Notes: generated by a model from the sequence alone, not told the origin. A DNA stretch of 64,000 nt from Paraspadella gotoi (GCA_051294375.1 CM119265.1:11595818-11659817); one strand, 5' to 3'; positions 12,729 through 25,341 are shown, numbered from the stretch's first letter. A program made the numbers and translations.

Positions 12729-13406
12729 TAGGACTAAGCTCTGACGAAAAAAGTCAGGTTTTTTTAATATATTCTTTGACCGGCCAATGTAGAATGATGG
12801 CAATATTGCTATTTTAAGTTTCAAAAAAATCCGACCATAAATATAGAAAATATTAACCAAAATCTTCGGAAAATCCACCCCTTCTTTGGAAGATTTTCGC
12901 CATATAAGATTTTTTCCGAATCTGACTCCCGGTTGAAAACTCTTAGAATTCCGATCGTTAGCTCCTCTTTTACTTTACTTTAAATAAAAATTTCACCAAA
13001 ATGGACTAATTCACTTTAACATGATCGTATCATATTAAAATAACCAAATGAAAAGTAAAGAAAAATTTTGAGAGCCCTTCAGACATTTTGCTATCGGATT
13101 CCTGAATTCGAAGTTTATTGTAAAATGACAACATACCTTAAATGCGTTGATATTGTTATTGAAGTTGAGAAATCCCTTTATTTTATATATAAAAATTGCG
13201 TCAAAAATATTTTCCCGAGTGGACCAGTCCATTTGAAGAAAAAAAATGCGAGCCCTTCAGATGTAACAGGATCGGAATCAAGTGTTTTCATCTATTTTTT
13301 ACCTGAATTTTTCCAGGGGCGTTAACATTATTTGGTAGTCAGATTTTTAACGAAAATCCCCATTGAAAAAGTCTTCCTCGATTTCTAAGAACGACGTAGA
13401 CTCCTA
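12729..13406 (+). mobile_element. 7-bp-TSD DNA element, copy 2
   Basis: Same ends as 10244-12283; flanked by AATCAAT on both sides. Confidence 0.85.
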
Positions 13407-13413
13407 AATCAAT

Positions 13414-14135
13414 TAGGAGTCTACGTCGTTCTTAGAGATCGAGGAAGACTTTTTCAATGGAGATTTTCGTTCAAATCTGACTACCAAACAATATAAACGC
13501 TCCTGGTAAAAATTCTGGTAAAATATCGATGTAAAAACACTTGATTCCGATCCTGTTGCATCTGAAGGGCTCGCATTTTTTTCTCTTGTCAAATCATCAA
13601 CATCTTGATATCAAACAATCCAGAACAAATAGACTGCTTCTGGACGGAAAAATTTTCCATCTCTGATTTTATATAGAAATGAAAGGATTTTTTTCCTTGA
13701 AAACGATATAAACGTGACTGAGGTATGTTCCTGTTCAACAAATGAGGTCCAATTTTGGAATCCTTTGGCAAAGTGTCTGAAGGGCTCTCAAAATTTTTCT
13801 TTACATTTTATTAGGTTATTTTGATATGATACCGATCATGGTAAAGTGAATTAGTCCATTTTGGTGAAATTTTTATTTAAAGTAAAAGTAAAAGAGGAGC
13901 TAACGATCGGAATTCTAAGAGTTTTCAACCGGGAGTCAGATTCGGGAAAAATCTTCTATGGCGAAAATCTTCCAAAGAAGGGGTGAATTTTCCGAAGATT
14001 TTGATTAATATTTTCTATATTTATAGTCGGATTTTTTTGAAACTTAATATTAACAATATTGCCATCATTCTACCTTGGCCGGTATAAGAATATATTAAAA
14101 AAACCTCGGGCTTTGTTCGTCAGAGCTTAGTCCTA
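13414..14135 (-). mobile_element. 7-bp-TSD DNA element, copy 3 (inverted)
   Basis: Reverse-complement copy flanked by AATCAAT on both sides. Confidence 0.85.
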
Positions 14136-14512
14136 AATCAATATTATTGCAGTCGTTTTGGCTGCAACTCTTCAAATTCAGTGTAGCTCGAATTTTCTTT
14201 ACCATCTATTTAACTAAAGATTTTGTTCAGAACTGGAACATAAACAGAGTAACACGATTAATCGTTTAACTAAATTTCCCTTAACCGTGTTTTAACTTCT
14301 TACCTAGAAATTTTTAATAACCAAATTGAAAAACAAATCTTTAAAAAATGTGCTTACCGATTTAATTTGACAATTTTGTTATTTACTGATTTAAATAAAA
14401 AAATATTTTTTTTTAATTACTGATAACCTCGATGTATTAGCTCTAATACATCAAAGATTACGCATTGTTAAGGTGAATGACCCTTCCTCTTAATGAAAAA
14501 AAAAATCAGCTC

Positions 14513-14745
14513 TGAATAAGAACTGAGACAGTGAGGCAGCAACCATACGTGACCTTCTGTAACCAAGCGAAACTCTCTCTCTCTCAACATACGATTTGGC
14601 CAAGTTGTCCTCGTTGTCCTTACAAGTTCTGTATTGTCTCATTGTTTAGACTTAGCGTCTCAAATTGTTAATGTTATTCTTTACTGTTGGAGAATAAATC
14701 ATTCTCGATCAAAACCTTGTGTCGTAATCATCTCCTGCCACAACA
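14513..14745 (+). mobile_element. putative solo LTR
   Basis: TG...CAACA ends, AATAAA ~50 bp before the end, imperfect GCTC/GCTT flanks; absent from the homologous repeat at ~34290. Confidence 0.4.
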
Positions 14746-15256
14746 GCTTTATTTTTGGAAGCTTTTTGTTTTTCCAATTACGAAATTGACCACAACACAA
14801 TTTTTACTATTGCCAAAAATTTTATACAATCAATAACATTGAAATTAAAGTACAATCTTGATAATAAATTTTGCAAGAAATAATCAAATATTACGTATTA
14901 CCACACCAACATCCAATTTAAAATTTTTAACGTTCTCGTTTTAACAGTAAAAATCTTCGTTTGTTGAATATGGCAAACTTAAACTTATGTTATGTTCTCC
15001 GACATAGCTTTTGTCTTATTTAGAGAAAGGTTTGAAGTTAAAAAACAGCCAAAGCTGAATGAGAAGGGAGCAAGGAAAGTGGAGATTGAGTTAAAACAAG
15101 ACTGAGCTTTCATGCAGCCTAAGAAAAGGGTGGACTAAAACATATTTGAAAAAACCCTAATTGGTTTGCCTTTTATCAATCAATAGGGTAGTGCGGGGGT
15201 TATTCGGAATTTTCTGGTGGTATATCTAGGAAAGTGTCCCTGCTACAGGTTGATGT

Positions 15257-15459
15257 TGTAGCGGTAGTATTTCATACCCTGCTACTCGTCCGAGAATCAG
15301 CAGCACCTATGGCGCCGGAGGTAGCACGAGCTTCTCCCAACCCAAAGGACTCGGGTTCGCTCCCTGCTGATTCACACAAGTAAAAGCGGGACGGGGCGTC
15401 TAACCCACCTGTAGTGATGGACTACAGACGGTAAACTGCTCGCGGCATCGTCTTCCACA
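15257..15459 (+). mobile_element. solo LTR (family 3) with tRNA-like head and degenerate twister
   Basis: TGTAG...TCCACA ends, 4-bp TSD ATGT, A box TGGCGCCGGAGG, B box GGTTCGCTCCC, twister-like GA-CGG-GGCGTC-TAA-CCC plus a P3 hairpin. Confidence 0.75.
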
Positions 15460-17197
15460 ATGTCTTTATTTTTATCTTGCGGCCCCTAGGGGTAGCTTTT
15501 TTTTTTAAATAAAAAAACTGTTCCCTTTTACCCCACCCTGGGGGAAAACGAAACACTTAATAAATTATATATATTTTTTTCTAATATTACAGAAAATAAT
15601 AACTAAAACATTATTAGTAAGAGCCTAGAGCCTTTCATTAAAGTTTTATGTATAAAAAAATGAAAATCTTATATTTATATGTAGATATGTCGCTCCGCGC
15701 TTAAAAAAAATCCGAAAGAACGAAGCGGTTTCTGATAATTTTGGTTCCTAGCAATTTTTGCACCAGTCGCGCAGTAAATATTACAAAACCATGGATGATT
15801 TCTGAAACTGCAGTGTTTGGGCTATCCAACGCCGTCGGAACATAAAGGTCTTGACTAAAAAATACTGAAAATAAACACGGCGCTTAGTCTGAATTCGTTT
15901 TAAATTTTTTTTATTTTGCGGTATTTACTGTATAAGTCAAATAAATATACAGTGGTCATGCCAAACTTTCAAGCACATAACGAAAAAAATAAATTGACGT
16001 CATAGTAAGAAATAATAGCAATTAATCAAATTTTTTTCTCAAAATATGTTGTCATTTTTGTTTCTTACTGTTTTTTCCAAACATGCCCTTTAAAATTATA
16101 AAAAGAAAGATTAGCTAATGAAACTACAATGTCTTGGGTACATTTCGTTGTCGAAACAAAGAAAATTCATTGATATCATAGTATCAATATTAGAGCGTTC
16201 AAAGATAACAAAATATAAGATATTTAATTTCATTCATTATTGTTTTAATGTAATAAGGTCTGAAGAATTCGATGATGATAACCATTTTGGTAAAGTTTCA
16301 TCTTCCTTGTCGCCAGTGGCGATTTTTGAAGCATATAAGGTGCTATTAAAATGGCGTATCCATTGTAGAGTATGAGAAACTAAAATTATTAAAATTTTAT
16401 AAAGGTCATATTTAGCTTATATAATATGAAAAATAAAGACCCATAAAATATTTTGGTAAGTTTATTTACAAATTTTATATTTTTTTAACAGCTTGTTAAC
16501 TATATTTATTAATAATTAGTAGTTAAAAATAGGCTAAAGTGAAGAAATAAATATTTTGAAATTTTAAAACCGGACTTGAATTCCTTGCAAAAAGTTGATA
16601 TAAGGAAGTAAAATCCATTTTAACAAAGTCTTTCATTAAGTTGGTTAAAAATGTTAAAAACTGATTTTTGTTTAATTTTATTATTTTTGGCTTAAAATTA
16701 TAGTTTTTTAAAATTTTGACTAACTTAATGACATAAATTTTTAATAAAAATTATATTTTCTTATATCAACTTTTTGCAAGGAATGCGAATCCGGGATAAA
16801 AATTTTAAAATTTTTATTTTTTAACTTTAGCCTAATTTTATTCATAATTATTAATAAATATACCTAACTAACTATTAATAAAACATAAAATTGAGAAATA
16901 AACTTACCAAAATATTTTTATAGGTCTTTATTTTTATATTTCAAAAGCTCATGTAATTTAAAAAAAAAATTAATAATTTGATTTATCATAACTTATAATG
17001 TTTGCCCTATTTTATTAGCATTTTATATACATTAAAAATCGTCATTTCCGACAAGAAAGATGAAATTATACAAAAAAATGGTCATCACCATCGAATTCTT
17101 CAGACCTTATTACAGTAAAACAATTATGAATGGAATTTAATATCTTGAAGAGACAGTAATTATTGATAAGTGTTAATGACAGAACCGTTCAATATAA

Positions 17198-17271
17198 GCA
17201 GTCCCTGAGCTTCGGATCAGGCTGTAACACCATGTTACAGGCGGGTTAAGCGCCCCGTCCCTCTTAACTGC
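17198..17271 (-). ncRNA. twister ribozyme, type P5 (3' LTR)
   Basis: GCAGUU/GACUGC P5; GA-CGG; UAA-CCC-GC-C; P3 UGUAACA/UGUUACA; P4 CCUGA/UCAGG; L4 UCCGAAGC forming both pseudoknots. Confidence 0.8.
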
Positions 17272-17618
17272 CAGACGACCACCCGGGCTAGAACCCTGGA
17301 CCTTTGGGTTGGGAGGCGAATGACTTGCCTCCGGCACCAATGGCCGCTGATGAACGGTTGGTGGATTTTTAGTTTACCATACATCCCCCCTCCCGTAGGG
17401 AGAAGTCTGTTGCGTCTCTTCAGTGAATTGTTGTTGGTGGAAAGTTCGTCACCAAGTTGAGGCATGTCGCCTGATGTGTTGTGGGCGGAAAGTGCATCGC
17501 CAGGTTGAGGCATGTCGCCTGAAAGTGTTGTTTGTTGCTGTTGTATTCGGAAGTCGGGCTCACCAATGAAGAGACAGTAATTATTGATAAGTGTTAATGA
17601 CAGAACCGTTCAATATAA

Positions 17619-17689
17619 GCAGTCCCTGAGCTTTGGATCAGGCTGTGACATGTTACAGGCGGGTTAAGCGCCCCGTCCCTCTTAACTGC
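17619..17689 (-). ncRNA. twister ribozyme, type P5 (5' LTR; L4 and P3 mutated)
   Basis: Same fold; L4 is UCCAAAGC, weakening T1, and P3 is shortened. Confidence 0.65.
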
Positions 17690-18660
17690 CAGACGACCAC
17701 CGGGCTAGAACCCCGGACCTTTGGGTGGGAGGCGAATGACTTGCCTCCGGCACCAATGGCCGCTGATGAACGGTTGGTTGGTGGATTTTAGTCCACCATA
17801 ATCTTATATTTTGTTATATTTGAACGCTCTAATCAATATGGAGCCTTGAAATAACTCATTTTCTTTCCAATTTACCCATTTATTGAGTATAATATTATAA
17901 TAAAAAAAAAAAAAAAAATTTTACCATACAGCTAAATGAATTAGCGTGTTATTAAAAGATTGTAGTGCTTTTTTTAAATAAAAAATTGTTATATTAATAT
18001 AGCTAATGGGCATTATGCAAAGGTTTTAATTTGCACCTGAAGATGAAAAAATTTAAAAATCTGATAATATAGTCTTTTAGCCCTAGGTCAGTAGTTTTTA
18101 AATCAGCCGGAACAAAGTTTGAACTCCTAAATTTTCATATTTAAATCATATGTTTTTAAGGTTCCTACATGAATTTCTTAAATTTTTTTGTTTTCAACAA
18201 AATGATAATTCATTATGCTTAGTAATTATATTAACATTTGAAGTATAGAAAATTTTTGTTTATATCAGAAACATAATTCAATCTTTTCTCTTTCAGAATA
18301 TATATTTATTTTTTTAAATACAGCCAAGTGTGTTTAATTTCAAAACTTATACTTTTCACTAAGTTCCGATCAAGATTTTAAAAAAATCTGTTGAAATATT
18401 TGAGAAAAATTATATGGAAAAGATGCCCCATAATTATGGCTTTAATATGATACCAGTCTCATCGTTCTATCATTTTTGGTTCAAAAGATATAAAAGAAAA
18501 TCAATTTTTTTATTACCAATTAAGTCACTCGGCCAAAGCTATAAATTTAAGTGGAACAAAAAGAAAATTGAACGAACGCAGATTTGTTTTAAAAATTGGG
18601 CATGGAAAATGACCATTTTTTGTAGATTATTGTGGGTCGATTGACCTGAAATGTTACAAC

Positions 18661-21186
18661 CAGGGATGTGGAGCCGGAGCCGGATCCGCCGGAGCCGAGC
18701 TTTTTTTGCCGGAACCGGAGCCAGAATTTTTATCTGGCCGGAGCTGGAGCCGGAGCCGAAAAAAATTTTTGACCGGAGCCGGAGCCGAAATAAAAATGCC
18801 CGGCTCCAGCGCCATAAAAATAAAATAAGATTATAATTATTAAATTAAAAAAAATATTTTAAAAAACATAATACTGATTTTTATAATTTATATAATATCA
18901 TATATTTAATATACTTAAGATTAAGTAAATAATAATATATCTTTTTTTGTAATCTATTAAATTTATTATAAATACTTATTTATCAAGTAAAATTTATCCT
19001 TTAATATGCTTTGGCTTACTTAATACAGCAACCATTTGCAGACTGATTAAAAGCAAAGCTTTTCAATAATATATTTTGAACAATAATAATAATAATAACA
19101 ATTATTTTGCTTACTAATTTTTTTATATTATATACTTTTTATATAATTTTTATTACATATGGTTGAAAGATATCTCATTTAAAAGATAAAAAACTAAATT
19201 ACTTTAATATTATACTTTTTATTTTTAACTTTTTAATTAATGAAATCAAAAATATACAATAAAACTTATCATATTAGTTTACTTCTTTCATAGTATATTA
19301 TATGCCTGAAAGGAATAACCATACTCGGGCATCCTATATATTTTTATATTAAGGTCGGACTAAGTGATAGACAAAAAGCATTGGCCAAGTTTAAGGTTTG
19401 AAAAGGGACTGGCCAGGAATAATGGGGATATAATAAGCCTTCCCATTCACCCTGAATGAACCCCAATAAAAACCCTAACCCTAATTAATTTATCTTATTT
19501 ACAATCTTACATCATTTACAGCAGGCTATTTTTTTAGCCCTAACCCTAACCTTTTATCTCATGCCAAGCTAAAACCTTAACCCTAGTATTTTAACCCTAC
19601 AAGGTGACACACAACAGCCCGCCACTAAAAAAATCCTAAACCTAAATCATTTATTTATCCAAATTTTATATTGATTGGATTTGATTTGACTTGGTACTTA
19701 GCGGAAAAAAGTTGTCTTCAAAATTGTGTTTCATTTTAAAACTCCATTTTTTTAAAAAATCTGTTTATTTAACTTTTTAACTATTTTTTTGCAATACTTT
19801 ATATAAAAAGGTATCAATATTAATATCTTCTGAAAGCTCGTAAAAATATAAAGAGATTGACATAATTAAAAATACTGTAATATTAAAATTAGCCTATCTA
19901 GCTTTAAGATAATTATTAAATTAAAAATTTTTAAAGAGCAGTTTTTGAATAATTATTAAATGATTGTTAGTTATTTTAATTTAGTTTTTCTTAAGATTTT
20001 TTATGATACTTATATAAACAATAATTGGTAAGATCATAGTAAAATAGGTCAGATATTTAAAAAAATTATTTTAGGATTTTATTATTTTAATACTTTCAAT
20101 ATTCTTAAATATATTATTTTTTTAAAATTTTTAAGAGCTTTCAGAAGATATTAATATTGATACCTTTTTATATAAAAGTTCTTATTTGGAGAGAAAACAA
20201 AAAATTGTTATTTGATAACAATGATTTTGTTTTTATTTAAATCGGACATGTTTCCACTCGGACTTCATAGTCTTCATCAGCATTTAAATTCACAAACGTT
20301 TCAGTTTTTAAATATTGAGTTTATAACTTTCGGGTCTTCATCAGCATTTAAATTTATAGAGTCGAAACATATCCGATTTAAATAAAAACAAAATTATTGT
20401 TGTCAAATAATAAATTTTCGTTTTCTCTCTAAATAATTCAAAAAAACAATAAAAGAATGTAAAAGTTTTTTAAAAAATGTTTATAAAGTTAGACAAAAAA
20501 ATTGAAAAGATTTGTTTTAAAATGAAAGACAATTTTTAAAGCAACTTTTTCCTGGTCATTGCTAAGTCAAATCATAACCAATCAATATAAAATTTGGATA
20601 TATAAATGATTTAGGTTTTTACGATAGAAAAAATCTTTTAGATTAAAAGTATCTTCACAAGTTTGCAAATGACAATTTTTTTTAGCGGCGGGCTGTTGTG
20701 TGTCACCTTGTAACCCAGGCTTTTTGTTTATTTCTGAGCTTCAACCCAAACTCTAGGTTGTAGTTTATTCAAATAGCAATGTTGCCGGCGATTCACGCAT
20801 GAGTCACAATTGTTCTAGTTGGTTGGCGACTTCACTATGGCAATATCAGCAAAGCCCTGGTTGTGTCACCAATACCCTCACTGGTGACCTCGCCAGTAAT
20901 AAAAGTAATGAATATAATCAAAGGCGCAAGTTAAAGGAAAAGCTTGTGGCTGAAGTTGAGACATGGGGATAAATACATCACCTGTGGGCTCTTCCCTTAA
21001 AACTAAACCCTAACCCAAGTCTCCCGTACATCTCCATGCTTTTCTCCAACCCTAACCCAGGCCTAGGCCTCCCATACATTTCCATGCCTCAACCTTAACC
21101 CATCTGTGGGCTTTCCTAAAGCTTACCGCCTTTGATGCATCAACAGTAAGCCTCTCCCCCTACCCTAACCCAGGCCTCCCATTCAA
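18661..21186 (-). mobile_element. truncated inverted copy of the non-autonomous hAT at 53634-57244
   Basis: Starts CAGGGATGTGGAGCCG with GGAGCC subterminal repeats; largely colinear with the reverse complement of ~54360-57244. Confidence 0.85.
19600..20710. mobile_element. Tc1/mariner-type foldback MITE within the hAT
   Basis: TIR CAAGGTGACACACAACAGCCCG with TA flanks; equivalent copy at 55068-56287. Confidence 0.8.
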
Positions 21187-22210
21187 GTGTTCCGTTTTAC
21201 TCCAATTTAATCGTAGCTATGTAATAATCAAAATAATATATACAATAACTAAAAATTAGTAGTCTCGTCTATCAAATATTAATATTCCATTGTCATATTA
21301 CGTTAAATTTGACTGACAGAGGCTTAAAAACGACTACTCAAAGACGAAATTTGACTAGCAGCTTTGAAATTGCTGCTGCAGCAGCAGCCGAATGCTGTAA
21401 CTTTAATAATGGAAAGTCAAGTTGGTGAAATATTATATGAACAAAAAAAAATTTAAAAATATCTATACACAATTTTTTAATTTCATTTTATATGTCAGTG
21501 TTTCGAACTACCCCTGTTCCGAATTACCCCGCACTACCCTAACAACGTTTAATTCATCATTTCTTGGTTCATCGTGGAAATTAAACCACCATCTCTAAAA
21601 AGACTGGCAGACAGGCGTCACACTTTTGGAAAATGCAAGCCAACGGATGGGACCCTGCACATTACTCTACTCTCGCTTTAACGCCCTCAAGGAGCCTAAA
21701 GCCACGATTAATCAATATTGTTTAATGTTTATTCTCTCTCTCTCTTTCTAACGCTTTTAATTTTTCTCAATAAAACATTACTTTTCTACAGATTATCTCT
21801 GCCTGAAGGGGGACTTAGAACGACGTCGAAGAAGAGTGGGAAAGTTGTATCCCGCAATCGACCCAAGTCGAACAGCAAAAAATTTAAAAATGCCGATTCG
21901 ACGTAAACCTGCACCAATTGTTGCTGAGCGAAGTTGTCAAGGACCACAAGGTGCTCTGCAACAACGGCACTTCTTGCCTTTTAAACGGCATCTTAGATTC
22001 CTACGTATCTACGTAGTTCATCTTTACCAGATTGACTTCCGGGATTCTCCAAAGAGTTGCACGAGTTAAACGACCAATGATAAACGATTAAGACTAAAAG
22101 AGACCTTTTGTCTCGAAATAAAAATAAAAAAGGAGTATAAATGAATGGGTATGAACACTTGAGAAAATCTAAATAAATGACTAAATAATCTATTTAAAGT
22201 TTTAAGGGAT

Positions 22211-22426
22211 TCATCCGCACAACTCGACGAGCTCCTTCTCCCGGAGAATTTCGGCCACTGATCGTCCGTCAACGAACACTTCGACTAATACGACCTGCGA
22301 TGCGTTGAAGGATTGGCTCTTATACATTCGCAACTCTAGTCGCTTGTACAAGAGCAGACGCTTCAGCTCCATCGCGGCTTCAGGATCAACGACCGCGTTC
22401 ACGTCTCCGAGCTTGCAGGGCAGAGC
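22211..22426 (-). CDS. LOTUS-RRM-CCHC-Tudor gene (TDRD5/7-like), exon 10 (last)
   Basis: gtatag|ALPCKLGDV...VLVEVFVDGRSVAEILREKELVELCG* is the C-terminal SN-like half of an extended Tudor domain. Confidence 0.9.
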   Translation of the reverse strand, partial: ALPCKLGDVNAVVDPEAAMELKRLLLYKRLELRMYKSQSFNASQVVLVEVFVDGRSVAEILREKELVELCG

Positions 22427-22637
22427 CTATACGACAAGGGCAGACAACGGAAAATGAAAATAAGTCCTAATAAGAGAAAAGTACGTAAGACGTCAAATGA
22501 CAACGAAATTAAATAAGGAAAGGAAAATAGGATATAAAAGGTTTTACTGGACCTACTATTAAAAAAAAATTTCAACTTACTTATAGTAAAATAACGAAAT
22601 ACATGTACATTAATAAATAGCGAAATAAATTAACTAC

Positions 22638-22735
22638 CTGCAGGGAGACCGGGGGGAAATGTTCCGGGTATTCGTACACAGGACAAACAGTAGGATCCAA
22701 TAGCGAGCCTTCATCGATCGCGAAAATTTGTCCGT
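22638..22735 (-). CDS. LOTUS-RRM-CCHC-Tudor gene, exon 9
   Basis: aatag| ... CAG|gtagtt; GQIFAIDEGSLLDPTVCPVYEYPEHFPPVSLQ (Tudor VxFxDYG...LPxQ pattern). Confidence 0.88.
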
Positions 22736-22945
22736 CTATTAAAAAAGGCAATGTCGTTACATCTGCTGTATGCTGTAAGGTTGTCTTATCACCGTCTCAT
22801 CGTTCTCTCTCATTCTTGGTTCACTCCCCTTACGGTCACTCTGATGGTGTCGGTATAAACACGCCGATGACATAGGATGGTCACTGCAGGTCCAAAGCCA
22901 TGAGCACTAACTGTCAGGAGATTCCTCACACAACGGGCATCACAC

Positions 22946-23118
22946 ATGTTACAGTGTGATTGTTGTGGGCGATGCCGGCCTGGCTTGAGAAGCACGAGAC
23001 CCTCTAACGCGTAGACCACAATGTCAGTTAACCACAGTGGGCAACATTGTGGTCGACTGTTAGAGGGTCTCGTTCTTCTCAAGCCCGGCCGGCATCGCCC
23101 ACAATCACCCTATAACAT
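22946..23118. repeat. GC-rich intronic inverted repeat (~70-bp arms, ~19-nt loop)
   Basis: GTGGGCGATGCCGGCC...GACCACAATGT is mirrored by ACATTGTGGTC...GGCCGGCATCGCCCAC. Confidence 0.9.
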
Positions 23119-23295
23119 CTTCCAGTTGACATACTACTAGTATAATTAGATCCAGGTTTTACTAAAACCTTTGGATCCCTGCAGACGGATGGATTCTTGC
23201 AATGTGTGAAGAATAGACGCTTGGTCTAGTGAGTGCCTTTTCGGTGACAATGACTGACATTTATGTTTAGCTTTACCAAAAAACCTGACTTTTAC

Positions 23296-23375
23296 CGTCA
23301 AGATAACCGCGCTTCATTTTTGCGCCCTCCCTGAAAAGACATATCCCTTGTCCGGTTGCCTTCTCTCTTTTTAAC
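23296..23375 (-). CDS. LOTUS-RRM-CCHC-Tudor gene, exon 8
   Basis: acgcag| ... G|gtaaaa; LKREKATGQGICLFREGAKMKRGYLD (Tudor core strands 1-2); phases match neighbours. Confidence 0.85.
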
Positions 23376-23449
23376 CTGCGTACAAAATGGGTAAAAAGAA
23401 TATTATTTTTGTGGGGTTTCAGAAAAAAAAAGTGCCTGTAATAACTCAC

Positions 23450-23522
23450 GAGGACGCAGTGATGGGATGATTCATGGTGGAATCGAGACTCAAAAAATCT
23501 TTCCACTCATCGGGCCGATGTT
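23450..23522 (-). CDS. LOTUS-RRM-CCHC-Tudor gene, exon 7
   Basis: tttcag| ... TC|gtgagt; HRPDEWKDFLSLDSTMNHPITAS; phases match. Confidence 0.85.
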
Positions 23523-23725
23523 CTGAAAGAGCAAATGTTTTACACTCTTATTAGTCTTATCAGTATTAACTTGTTGCCTTATGCAATATGCCAAAGCCCA
23601 AGGCAGTGATTTTCATTCGGGTATTTTCAACAATGAAATTGGAACTTAAATACGGTAAGACATGATTTCTTTCATGTCAATCATTCCAATTACGATATCT
23701 GCCATAATTAAGATGAAACAAACGA

Positions 23726-25305
23726 TTTTTAGTCGGATCTGCTTATCAGCAGATCCCGACTCTATAACTCACTTTTTATAACTCACTTTTTCGGTCCGTC
23801 GGTCCGCCCCCTCAATATTGTCGGGCACACACTTATATCATGTCAGAACATCGAATTATGATAAATTATGCAAAAAAAATGATGTCCGTCCGTCCGTCTG
23901 TCCTCCGTCCGTCCGTCCGTCCCACCTTAGCAAAAAACACCAATTACTCGTGATTGGATGGATGGATTTAAATGAAATTTTGTGTGTGGATAGGTAAGTG
24001 TGTGATTGAGCTGGATATTAAGTTTCGATGGAATCGTCCGAGTGGAAATGAGTTTAAATGGAAAAAACAAAAAAAATATATTCACTATTTGAACACCAAT
24101 TGCTCATGAGTGGATGGGCTGATTGACCTGGAATTTTGTATGTGGGTAGGAAAGTGTGTGATTGAACAGGAAATCAAGTTTCGATGGAATAGTTTGAGTG
24201 GAAATGAGTTTAAATGGAAAAAAAACAAAAAACCTGTTTTACTAATTGATTATGCTTCTTTTTCCTTTTATATTAATCAATTAGTAAATAAATTAATCAA
24301 TAATTAATTAATTAGTCAATCAATCCGTCCATCCGCCCCATCTTAGCAAAAAGCTCCAATAACTCGTGATTGGCTGGTTGGATTGGAATTAAATTTTGTG
24401 TGTGGGTAGGAAAGTGTGTGATAAAGCTGGATATAAAATTTCGATGGAATCGTGTGAGTGGAAATTAGTTTAAATGGAAAAAACATAAGTCGAATTTACT
24501 AAAATCTTTTTACTTATTTTAACCAATAAATACTCCAATTAATCATAATTGGATGGATAGATTGAGTTGAAATTTTGTGTGTGGGTAGGAAAACGTATGA
24601 CGAAGCTTGATATAAAGTTTCAGTGGAAACGTACCAGTGGAAATGAGTTTAAATGAAAAAAATATGAGTCACATTTACTTGAATCTTTTTATTTATTTTA
24701 ACCCATGATAGATTGAGATGAAATTTTGTGAGCCGGTAGGAAAGTGAGTGAAGAAGCTAGATATAAAGTTTTGACGGAATGCAAGTTGAAAAAATGATGC
24801 AAGTTGAAAAAATGATGCAAGTTAAAAAAATCTTAAAAGCATAAGGATCGTCGCTATTGCATAAAAGAGAGAGAGAGAGAGAGAAAGAGAGAGTGAGAGA
24901 GAGAGAGAGAGAGAGTGAGAGAGAAAGAGAGAGAGTGAGAGAGAGAGAGAGAGAAGGAGACATAAAATAAAAAAATCTTAAAAGACTCAAGATCGAGCCA
25001 GAGCCCACTATCATAGAAAATTAATGAAAAAACCCAGGAAAAAAACGAATGAATCATGCGATAACGAATTGTTGATGTACTAGTAATTGATTGAGGTAAT
25101 ACTAATTGATTGATGTAATAGTAATTTATTGATGTAATAGGAATTGATTATTGATTCGATGATAATCAATTATTGATGCGATGATAGTCATTCACTGCTG
25201 TGATGATAGTCATTCAGTGATGCGATGATTGTCATTCATTGATTCGATGATTGTCATTCATTGATGCGATGATAGTCAATAAAACAAACAAATGCGTGTA
25301 TGAGT

Positions 25306-25341
<36 letters not shown>

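Larger units (their letters stand above)
17146..17800 (-). mobile_element. TRIM/retrozyme-like element, family 1 (LTRs 17567-17800 and 17146-17381)
   Basis: Two ~235-bp direct repeats, TSD ATCT, PBS TGGTGAGCCCGAC, PPT GGGAGGGGGGA, no coding capacity; second copy at 44331-44983. Confidence 0.92.
15186..21539. mobile_element. TA-flanked DNA element (TIR GGGTAGTGCGGGG) swollen by nested insertions
   Basis: Inverted termini at 15186 and 21539, both flanked by TA; right arm homologous to 5155-6167; contains a solo LTR, a foldback, a TRIM and a truncated hAT. Confidence 0.55.

Noticed and set aside
15297-15370. Functional tRNA gene or ordinary SINE
   Set aside because: The cloverleaf is imperfect and the sequence lies inside a TGT...ACA unit with a 4-bp TSD.
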